NCBI GenBank assembly: GCA_964564625.1
Contig: CAZMBE010000006.1
Span: forward strand, 42,998 to 106,997
Length of the DNA: 64,000 nt
Reading direction: 5' to 3'
Source: an uncultured Syntrophaceae bacterium
GTDB taxonomy: Bacteria; Desulfobacterota; Syntrophia; Syntrophales; UBA2185
The notes below the pieces were generated by a model. It made no database searches. It had not been told where the DNA came from and saw nothing but the letters and a program-made list of their open reading frames with translations. Shown here piece by piece: positions 45,714-53,641 of this stretch; position 1 is the stretch's first letter; every line of letters starts with the position of its first letter. The position numbers and the translations under genes were made by a program.

Positions 45714-46085
45714 GTGAAGGTATGTTTTCCAGTTTATAAAGATGAAGGCGTCAACAGTACTGTATATGATCATTTTGGTTCCTCGCCAGAATTTATCATT
45801 GTTAATACGGAACTCCAGACTGTGATCACTATTGATAACAACGATCTTGACCATGTCCATGGGGCGTGCAATCCCGTAATGGCCGTGGGAGGAAATAAGA
45901 TTGACGCGGTTGTTGTCGGTGGGATCGGCGCGGGGGCTCTGATGAAACTCAATGCGGACGGGATTAAAGTATATAAAGCAGTCAAAGAGACAGTAAAAGA
46001 AAACCTGGATCTTCTGAAAGACAACAGACTTCCCGAACTGGCTTTGCGTCAGACATGCGGAGGTCATCAGGGATGCTGCCATTAA
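45714..46085 (+). CDS. NifB/NifX-type (dinitrogenase Fe-Mo cofactor-binding fold) domain protein
   Basis: 123 aa with a GTG start. HFGSSPEFIIV...VVGGIGAGALMKLNADGIKVY pattern. Confidence 0.75.
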   Translation: MKVCFPVYKDEGVNSTVYDHFGSSPEFIIVNTELQTVITIDNNDLDHVHGACNPVMAVGGNKIDAVVVGGIGAGALMKLNADGIKVYKAVKETVKENLDLLKDNRLPELALRQTCGGHQGCCH

Positions 46086-46099
46086 AGGAGAATAAAAAA

Positions 46100-46978
46100 A
46101 TGGATTGTGAACAACACAATAAAGGGAAAAACCATGGTTGTCAGGGGCAGCACAAGGATCCTGATAGAAAATTGAAGGACTTTACCGAGGATTTCACTCT
46201 GGTAAATCGTCTGGCCAAGATCGATCACAAGATTATGGTCCTCTCCGGGAAGGGCGGAGTCGGCAAGAGTACCGTGGCGGTGAATATTGCCGTCGCACTG
46301 GCCCTTGCGGGGAAACAGGTGGGAATTCTGGATGTCGACTTTCATGGCCCTAGCATACCTACCCTGCTGAAGCTCAACGGGAACCCAGTGAAAGCGGGCG
46401 ATGACGGTATTGAACCCGTGGATTTTGTGGAAGGCATTAAAGTAATGTCCATAGGATTTTTCATGCCGGAGCAGGACAGGGCAGTGATCTGGAGAGGCCC
46501 CATGAAGATCAGCGTCATAAAACAGCTTTTGGCGGAGGTAAGCTGGGGTCATCTGGATTACCTTGTGATTGACTTTCCCCCAGGTACCGGGGATGAACCC
46601 CTTTCCGTGGCTCAACTGATTCCTGACGCCGATGGCGCCGTTATTGTAACCACCCCCCAGGATCTATCCCTTGTCGACGTGCGAAAATCGATTGACTTCT
46701 GCAAACAGCTGAAACTTCCTGTTTTGGGAGTGATAGAAAACATGAGCGGCCTCGTCTGCCCTCATTGCAGTCAGGTGATTGATGTTTTCAAACGAGGAGG
46801 CGGAGAAAAAATGGCCGGCGAGATGGGTGTACCATTTTTGGGCCGTATTCCTATAGAACCATTGATTGTGGAGGCCTCTGACAATGGGAAGCCTTTCCTC
46901 TATCATTATGGGAAAACGCCGGCCGCCGAGGCTTTTGCCGGAGCCATTAAACCGATCCTGGGAATGGTTGCCAAATAG
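46100..46978 (+). CDS. Mrp/NBP35 (ApbC) family Fe-S cluster carrier ATPase
   Basis: Start at MDCEQHNK (ATG at 46100, AAAGGAG RBS). Deviant Walker A SGKGGVGKST, DFPPGTGD and the CPHC motif. Confidence 0.88.
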   Translation: MDCEQHNKGKNHGCQGQHKDPDRKLKDFTEDFTLVNRLAKIDHKIMVLSGKGGVGKSTVAVNIAVALALAGKQVGILDVDFHGPSIPTLLKLNGNPVKAGDDGIEPVDFVEGIKVMSIGFFMPEQDRAVIWRGPMKISVIKQLLAEVSWGHLDYLVIDFPPGTGDEPLSVAQLIPDADGAVIVTTPQDLSLVDVRKSIDFCKQLKLPVLGVIENMSGLVCPHCSQVIDVFKRGGGEKMAGEMGVPFLGRIPIEPLIVEASDNGKPFLYHYGKTPAAEAFAGAIKPILGMVAK

Positions 46979-47263
46979 AGAGACCTTTTCCGATACATTA
47001 CCGCATCGCTGATGCTACTCAAATGACATAACAATAGTTGTGCAAACAGGCAAGATATTGTTGGTTTGGGCAGTGATGTAGGGATTATCGTCAAGATCGA
47101 TACATGAATGGACAAACGCTGACAAAAGAAGAAGGATAGCAGTCCTCAGAGGGTCCGATGCCGTCCTTAAGACGGCGCATTAGCCTGGCTTTATCCGCGG
47201 GGAGCATAGGGAAGGTTTCAATACAATCAATAATTATCTCCATCAAATCGAAGGAGGTGAACA

Positions 47264-47839
47264 ATGTCACAGGTAAAAGGCCTTCTGCGGCAAGTTGATG
47301 AGGCGGAATCAGAAACCTTAAAACGTATCTCCACAGCATGGAGAAACAACGCTTTCGACGACATGAACCTCCTGCGCACCTTTGCCCTGCGGCAGGGCGT
47401 GCTGGACATCTTTCTTGGTTTCATGCGCTACATCTACTCCAAGTCCACTGTGGAGCCGGAACTTATCGAAATGGCCCGCATCAAGTCGGCCTGGCTCGCC
47501 GGGTGCCGCCACTGAGGAACAGTTCGGTCTGCTTCGGTGAAGCAGATGGGATTGAGCGAAGACAAGGTTGAGAAGATCCGCGATTACAAGAATTCCGACC
47601 TGTCCGAACGTGAGAAAGCTGCTCTCCGGCTGACTGAAATTATCGCTTCGGAGCCCCACACTCTTGATGATGCATTCTTCGCTGAATTGAAGAAACACTT
47701 CAGCGATGAGCAGCTCCTTGACCTGGGAGTAGCCGTGGGGCTGCTGAACGGGCTGCATCGATTTCTAGAGACCTTCGGCGTTCTTCCTGACAGCTACGAT
47801 GAAGGCGCTTCATGTGAAGTGCCACAGCGAGGAAAATGA
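47264..47839 (+). CDS. AhpD-like / carboxymuconolactone decarboxylase family protein, probable selenoprotein (in-frame TGA at 47513-47515 read as Sec)
   Basis: Track ORFs 47264-47515 and 47537-47839 share one frame, separated by a single TGA. Read through, the sequence is E-x11-C-R-H-U, the AhpD E-x11-CxxC motif with Sec in place of the second Cys. A hairpin lies 15 nt downstream. RBS is GAAGGAGG. Confidence 0.7.
47527..47547 (+). promoter_or_regulatory. Candidate bacterial SECIS hairpin
   Basis: CTGCTTC-ggt-GAAGCAG (47529-47545) can be extended by T-A and G-T pairs. GGU is in the apical loop. It begins about 15 nt after the UGA. Confidence 0.55.
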
Positions 47840-47989
47840 TCTTCTCCCAATGAGGCAAAAGGAGCAGTCTTTATTGATTTTCTGGGCCATATTCTCATAA
47901 GGCTCGCAGCCGACAGGAATACATTACCTTGAATTATGAGAGGTATATGATATAGAGAACATGATGATTCTGCATAGAGGTCTGCCATC

Positions 47990-49375
47990 TTGTCGGATAA
48001 AAGAAATACTGTCTGGTCTTTTTTCTCCTCCGTAAAACTGACCGTATCGCTCTTAATAGTCATCGCCTTTACCTCCATTCTCGGTACGGTAATTCCCCAG
48101 CAAGAAACAGTTGATACGTTCGTAGAACGTCTCAGCCCCGCCATGGTGTCTGTTTTGCGAACTTTGCAGTTTTTCGATATCTATCATTCCGCGTGGTTTA
48201 TGATGCTCCTCTTCCTCCTCGCCATCAATTTGATGGTCTGCTCCGCGAACCGATGGCCTTTTTCCTGGAAGCGTTTCCGGGGAATATCCGCCCCTGATAA
48301 AGAGGAAGTGTTAAAGGACCTGCCTCCGGAGCTGCTCATTCATAGTGAAGGGGTACTCTCCGAGGAAGCCTCCCGCATTGAAGGTGTCTTGAAGAAGCTC
48401 TATGGAAGGGTGCGGCGTAAGGATACAGATAGCGGGGTATTTTTCACAGGAGAGAAGGGAAATGCATCATACCTTGGTGTGTATTTAATCCATCTCAGTA
48501 TCCTGGTTATCCTTGCCGGCATGATCATCGGATTTCTCTTCGGGTATGATGCATATATGGAGCTACCCGAGGGTGAATCGACAGATACAGTCATGGTCAA
48601 AAGAGGAGGAAAGTTTAAGAAACTCAACTTCACTTTACAATGTGATCGTTTTTCTGTGGAGTATTATGAAGACGGCACGCCAAAGATGTACAGATCGGAA
48701 CTCTCTTTTATAAAAAACGGCAGCATACTCCAAGAGAGTGCTGTTCTTGTCAATCATCCTGCAACTTTCGAAGGGATACGCTTTTATCAGGCAAGTTACG
48801 GTACTGTCTCTTCCGGTATTGCCCTCATTCTTGTCGGTAAAGGACATAATCAGAGAATAATAAAAGTTGCGGAGGGGACTGAGTTTGACCTTCCGGGTAA
48901 GGATGGGAAAGCGAAAATACTTCGCATGGAGGAAAATTTCATGCGTATGGGGCCGGCAGTCAAGATTCAAATTACATCATCAACACAAAATGTTCAATTC
49001 TGGGTTTTTCAAAACATTGAAGAGATTGAAGTGGCCGATCCTGGCCTGAGGCAGCGTGTACCGATATTTAATCCTGGCTTTATCCCCCCATACGTTTTTT
49101 CCCTTGTGGCGTTTCAACCAAAGCACTACATAGGTCTGCAGGTAAATTATGATCCCGGTGTTCCCATAGTTATCTGCGGATCTTGTTTTCTCGTTGCCGG
49201 TTTCCTCGTCGTCTTTTTTTATGCCCATCGCCAGGTATGGGTTGGAATCACTAATGAAGGAGCAAACACCCGTATTAGTGTCTCCGGAAAGACCAACAAG
49301 GATTCCGCCGGCCTTGCCCGCGAGATATCCCGACTGATTAAAGAGATAGAAAAAACCGGAGCACGCAGTGCATGA
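47990..49375 (+). CDS. resB: Cytochrome c biogenesis protein ResB/Ccs1 (system II)
   Basis: 461 aa with a TTG start. The N-terminus WSFFSSVKLTVSLLIVIAFTSILGTVIPQ is typical of ResB, with a large periplasmic domain. Its stop overlaps the ccsA start. Confidence 0.85.
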   Translation: MSDKRNTVWSFFSSVKLTVSLLIVIAFTSILGTVIPQQETVDTFVERLSPAMVSVLRTLQFFDIYHSAWFMMLLFLLAINLMVCSANRWPFSWKRFRGISAPDKEEVLKDLPPELLIHSEGVLSEEASRIEGVLKKLYGRVRRKDTDSGVFFTGEKGNASYLGVYLIHLSILVILAGMIIGFLFGYDAYMELPEGESTDTVMVKRGGKFKKLNFTLQCDRFSVEYYEDGTPKMYRSELSFIKNGSILQESAVLVNHPATFEGIRFYQASYGTVSSGIALILVGKGHNQRIIKVAEGTEFDLPGKDGKAKILRMEENFMRMGPAVKIQITSSTQNVQFWVFQNIEEIEVADPGLRQRVPIFNPGFIPPYVFSLVAFQPKHYIGLQVNYDPGVPIVICGSCFLVAGFLVVFFYAHRQVWVGITNEGANTRISVSGKTNKDSAGLAREISRLIKEIEKTGARSA

Positions 49376-50220
49376 TCAACACAACCATTCTTAGCTGGGT
49401 AACTTACGTATACTTTGCCGCCTTTGTGTTGTACTTCATGCGGATGATCAGAGGCACGGATATATGGGGGCGCATGGCCTCTATTGCCGCCGTTTTCGGC
49501 CTTGTTGCCCATTCTGCCGGGCTGATCATGCGGTGGATCGAATCATATGCCATGGGAATCGGCCACGCCCCTCTTTCTAATTTTTATGAATCGTTGATTT
49601 TTTTTGCGTGGACAATCGTGCTTCTTTCCCTGATTTTTGAATGGCGCATCAAACATAAAGGTCTTGGCGTATTTGTGCTCCCCCTTGCATTTCTTGCCAT
49701 GGCATTCGCGTCTCTCTCTCCAAATATCAATAGCAGAATCCAGCCGCTCATCCCGGCACTCCAGAGCAACTGGCTGACAAGCCATGTCATGACCTGCTTC
49801 ATGGGATACGGGGCCTTTGCCATCGCCTTCGGGTTGGCGTGCATGCACTTTGCGAAGAATTTCACTCTCAACGCAACGGATTCTCAGAGTTCGTTACTGA
49901 GGTTCCTGCCATCACATGAGGGTATCGACGAGCTCATCTACCATAGTGTTGCCCTGGGATTTGTTTTTCTCTCCCTGGGCATCATTACCGGTTCTGTCTG
50001 GGCCCACTACGCGTGGGGATCATACTGGAGCTGGGATCCAAAAGAGACCTGGTCATTGATTACGTGGCTGATTTATGCCGCCATGCTGCATTCACGCTTT
50101 GTGCGGGGCTGGCGGGGAACAAGGATGGCTCTTATGGCCATTATTGGTTTTGCGGCGGTGCTGTTCACCTATCTGGGAGTAAACTATCTCCCCGGTCTCC
50201 ACAGCTACTTGCAATCTTAA
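49372..50220 (+). CDS. ccsA: Cytochrome c biogenesis protein CcsA/ResC (heme handling, WWD motif)
   Basis: 282 aa. WGSYWSWDPKETWSLITW tryptophan-rich motif. Polytopic membrane protein. Confidence 0.9.
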   Translation: MINTTILSWVTYVYFAAFVLYFMRMIRGTDIWGRMASIAAVFGLVAHSAGLIMRWIESYAMGIGHAPLSNFYESLIFFAWTIVLLSLIFEWRIKHKGLGVFVLPLAFLAMAFASLSPNINSRIQPLIPALQSNWLTSHVMTCFMGYGAFAIAFGLACMHFAKNFTLNATDSQSSLLRFLPSHEGIDELIYHSVALGFVFLSLGIITGSVWAHYAWGSYWSWDPKETWSLITWLIYAAMLHSRFVRGWRGTRMALMAIIGFAAVLFTYLGVNYLPGLHSYLQS

Positions 50221-50394
50221 AAATATTCTGTAACGCCTCTTTCCATGAAGTAATTCCCTGTCAAGCATTCACATTATTATCAAAAATATCAATGCCATTA
50301 TTGTTGTTGTGTCTTTCATTGACGCACAAGGCTAATGTGCGCTATTATTACTCGCAGAAAAAACTAAGAAAATACTACGAGAAAGGAGGTACCT

Positions 50395-50919
50395 ATGGAA
50401 CAAGAAGAAAGAAAAGGCTGGAACCCATATATTGCCGGTGCCCTGACCGGGCTTTTGCTCGTATTTTCTGTCTGGTTTACCGGTAAGTATGTAGGGGCTT
50501 CAACGACATTTGTCCGATCAGCAGGCTACATCGAGAGGTTCTTTAGTGCGGACAGGGTAGCCAAGATGGCGTACTTCCAAAAGGAAGTCCCGAAGATCGA
50601 CTGGCAGTTTCTCTTTGTCATAGGCATCTTCATCGGCGCCCTCATTTCCTCGACAACATCCCAATCCTTCCGTTGGCAAGCCGTACCTACCCGCTGGGAA
50701 GGTCGTTTTGGACCGTCTGTTCCAAAACGCGCCCTCGCCGCCTTTATCGGTGGCGCCGTGGCCATGTTCGGAGCCCGTCTCGCCGATGGTTGACCGAGCG
50801 GACATGGGCTGAGCGGTTCGCTTCAGTTAGCTGTCAGCGGGTATATTTCTCTGATCTGTTTCTTTGTCGGCGGGATTATTGTCGCTCGCCTTCTTTACCG
50901 GGGAGGGATCAAGCCATGA
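50395..50919 (+). CDS. YeeE/YedE-family sulfur-compound transporter, first half-protein, probable selenoprotein (in-frame TGA at 50791-50793 read as Sec)
   Basis: Reading through the TGA gives FGARLADG-U-PSGHGLSG...LLYRGGIKP, ending at TGA 50917-50919, which overlaps the next ATG. The family motif is G-C-(T/P)-S-G-H-G, so Sec replaces the conserved Cys. A hairpin lies 17 nt downstream. RBS is AAAGGAGG. Confidence 0.65.
50808..50827 (+). promoter_or_regulatory. Candidate bacterial SECIS hairpin
   Basis: GCTGAGCG-gtt-CGCT(T)CAGT forms an 8-bp stem with one bulged U and GGUU at the apex. Confidence 0.45.
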
Positions 50920-51443
50920 ACGAACTTATCTATGGATTCATTACCGGGATCATTTTCGGTTTTCTCCTTCAGAAAGGGCGGGTAATCCGTTATGATAAGC
51001 AGATTGGCGCCCTGCTCCTGAAGGACATGACGATTGTCAAATTCATGCTGTCCACGATTCTTGTAGCCATGGTGGGGGTCTATTTGCTCGTCGATCTGGG
51101 TCTGGCGAAACTCTCCCTGAAGGCCACGATCTTCGGGGGAAATATAGTCGGCGGTTTGATTTTCGGCTTCGGGTGGGGGATTCTCGGCTATTGCCCCGGC
51201 ACCCAGATGGGCGGTCTCGGTGAGGGAAGATGGGACACTCTCTGGGGAATCATCGGCATGCTTGTCGGAGCAGCGCTCTTTGCCGAGATGTATCCCACTT
51301 TGAAGGCTACTGTCCTGATGTGGGGAGATTTCGGCAGGATTACGATCCCACAGATCCTCGGCATTAATCACTGGCCGGTCATCGGGGTCATGGTTGTGCT
51401 TGGAGTAATTTTAATGCGGTGGTTCGAGAAAAAAGGTTTGTGA
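50916..51443 (+). CDS. YeeE/YedE-family transporter, second half-protein
   Basis: Start at MNELIYGFITGIIFGFLLQKG (ATG at 50916, ATGA overlap). GWGILGYCPGT motif. The track's 50673 start is an out-of-context extension across the upstream gene. Confidence 0.8.
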   Translation: MNELIYGFITGIIFGFLLQKGRVIRYDKQIGALLLKDMTIVKFMLSTILVAMVGVYLLVDLGLAKLSLKATIFGGNIVGGLIFGFGWGILGYCPGTQMGGLGEGRWDTLWGIIGMLVGAALFAEMYPTLKATVLMWGDFGRITIPQILGINHWPVIGVMVVLGVILMRWFEKKGL

Positions 51444-51508
51444 TGTAAAATGGTTACGTAATGGTATTTCTTTGAAATAATCATATAAGATACTACCAAG
51501 AGGTAAAT

Positions 51509-51754
51509 ATGTCTGACCAAATCATATCGGCCCGTGAAATATCTGATCTGCTCAAATATGATAAAAGAAATGTTCTAGATGAATTAATTTCCAGTGCCCG
51601 TAAAACTATTTTAGCAGGTTATAAAGTTATTATTCGTGAAACATATCAGAACGCACCCCCTCAAGACTTAAAGACGTTTACAACCGTAGGAGAAATTGAT
51701 GCGTGGGTAGAGGATATTGATTTACTTGATGATATAAATGCAATAAAAAGATAA
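51509..51754 (+). CDS. Hypothetical small acidic protein (81 aa)
   Basis: ORF with RBS AGAGG in an AT-rich stretch. No motif recognised. Confidence 0.4.
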   Translation: MSDQIISAREISDLLKYDKRNVLDELISSARKTILAGYKVIIRETYQNAPPQDLKTFTTVGEIDAWVEDIDLLDDINAIKR

Positions 51755-52007
51755 TATTTTATTGGAGAAAAAATCTCCTCAAGGAAGAGAATAAATGGCA
51801 TGCGTTTCGTGCCGCTGATAATTGGCCGGCTATGTTTGATTGATTGAGCATATTCGGCCTTTTCCCGTTATTCTATTCAGGCGCTGGTTATGTTATCAGA
51901 AGCCATGATGTTTTTTCTCAGGATATATACACATTGACCGGTGAACGATACGGGTCAATTCGATTAACCAATTCAAAGAAATAACAGAAAAGCAACCGTA
52001 ACCTTAC

Positions 52008-53282
52008 ATGAGCATTTCAATAATTACCCTTGCCGTAGTTTTTCTTCTTATAGCCATACGACAAATCGGAAGCGCCAGACTCAAGATATGGCAGATAATG
52101 CTTGGCGGCGCAGTCATTGTAATCCTTACAGGAGAGATTACTCCACGTGCAGCGTTTCATGCGATTAATGTTGATGTGATTTTCTTTCTTTTTGGAATGT
52201 TTATAATCGGTCAGGCTATAGAAGACTCAGGGTACTTAACCCATATCTGCCATAAGTTCTTTGGAAAGGTGAAGTCAGTAGACAAATTAGTTCTTGCAAT
52301 CCTTTTCACAATGGGGATTGGCTCTGCAGTCCTTATGAACGATACGATTGCAATAATCGGCACATCTATCGTGATTCTTCTTGCAAAAAGAAACAATATC
52401 TCTGCAAAGCTTCTTTTGCTTTGCCTTGCTTTTGCAGTCACCATTGGAAGCGTAATGAGCCCTATCGGAAACCCGCAGAATCTTCTTGTTGCAACGGGCG
52501 GTAATATAGGAAATCCTTTTATCACTTTCTTAACATATCTGTTTATTCCAACAGTAATAAATCTTCTGTTCACATATGTTCTCCTTAAGTTATTTTATAA
52601 AGAAGAATTCAACATAACGAATCTCCGAACCAACAGTGAACATATAAAACACGTAAGGCTCTCAAAAGTTGCAAGAATATCCTTACTCCTTGTTATTTGC
52701 TTAATTGTGGCTAAAGTTGCCCTTGTATTCGTGAATTTCTTTGTAACTGTTGATTTTGACTTTAAGCTTACCTATATTGCCCTTATTGGCTGTTCGCCGA
52801 TATTAATCTATCGGTTCATGTCAAAGAAGAAAAAGTACAGGTTTCATATCCTGAGAAAAATAGACTGGTGCACGCTCATCTTCTTTGCATCAATGTTTGT
52901 CCTTATGGAAAGTGTATGGCAGACGGGTTTTTTCCAAAATCTGATATCGGTCCTTTCTCTTGACATGACAAGCATTGTGGTCATTATGATAATTTCAGTC
53001 ATTGTAAGTCAGCTTATATCAAATGTGCCGATGGTTGCGCTGTTTTTGCCGCTCATTATCTCTGCAGGCGCAGGAAGTAAAGAATTAATGGCGCTCGCGG
53101 CCGGCTCTACCATTGCAGGAAATCTTTTCATTCTTGGCGCAGCCAGCAACATAATAATAATCCAGCACGCAGAGAAAGAAAATCAGGGTGAAAGTATCAC
53201 CTTTCTTGAATTCGCAAGAGTCGGAATACCCTTAACAATAATTAACATGTCAGTGTATTTGTTCTTTTTTTGGATACTATAA
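52008..53282 (+). CDS. ArsB/NhaD-superfamily anion/ion permease
   Basis: 424 aa polytopic protein. Repeated GSxxSPIGNPQNL / GNLFILGAASNIII hairpin motifs are typical of the ArsB/NhaD/CitMHS fold. Codon usage is visibly more AT-rich than the neighbours. Confidence 0.7.
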   Translation: MSISIITLAVVFLLIAIRQIGSARLKIWQIMLGGAVIVILTGEITPRAAFHAINVDVIFFLFGMFIIGQAIEDSGYLTHICHKFFGKVKSVDKLVLAILFTMGIGSAVLMNDTIAIIGTSIVILLAKRNNISAKLLLLCLAFAVTIGSVMSPIGNPQNLLVATGGNIGNPFITFLTYLFIPTVINLLFTYVLLKLFYKEEFNITNLRTNSEHIKHVRLSKVARISLLLVICLIVAKVALVFVNFFVTVDFDFKLTYIALIGCSPILIYRFMSKKKKYRFHILRKIDWCTLIFFASMFVLMESVWQTGFFQNLISVLSLDMTSIVVIMIISVIVSQLISNVPMVALFLPLIISAGAGSKELMALAAGSTIAGNLFILGAASNIIIIQHAEKENQGESITFLEFARVGIPLTIINMSVYLFFFWIL

Positions 53283-53587
53283 CCTAAACCCGCTTGTTCG
53301 TGTTGTCTTTTCATTTTCTTGACTCCTCGATCTTGTAAAGCGGACAGAGTAACGACTTGATGTCTGCGTTTCCCGCCGCCGATTGTCGTCCACGGAATCT
53401 TCAGCCTTCGGATTAGTATCGCTCTGTAGAGGATTATTTTGAAAACTGTGCCGGGATCTATGACAAGCATTTCTCCAGGCACTGCGGAATCTGGCGGTTC
53501 TATGTCGAGCGCATGATATGCCGATATCTTGATGCAGCCTGCCCCGTACTTGCCACGGGAGCTATCTGCACAACGGCTTTGCCTCAT
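53183..53587 (-). CDS. Doubtful hypothetical ORF downstream of nifS
   Basis: 134-aa ORF with no clear RBS. Its 3' 100 nt overlap the permease gene on the opposite strand. No family recognised. Confidence 0.2.
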   Translation of the reverse strand: MRQSRCADSSRGKYGAGCIKISAYHALDIEPPDSAVPGEMLVIDPGTVFKIILYRAILIRRLKIPWTTIGGGKRRHQVVTLSALQDRGVKKMKRQHEQAGLGYSIQKKNKYTDMLIIVKGIPTLANSRKVILSP

Positions 53588-53641
53588 CTCAATAACATCA
53601 TGGGCACTGATATGAGACGAAAACCTTACGCGCCCCCTCCG

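Noticed and set aside
53183-53587. The ...KIPWTTIGGG segment suggested a ThiS/MoaD-like sulfur carrier downstream of nifS.
   Set aside because: The rest of the sequence does not resemble the beta-grasp family. The GG is not C-terminal, there is no RBS, and the ORF runs antisense into the permease gene. It is retained only as a low-confidence ORF.
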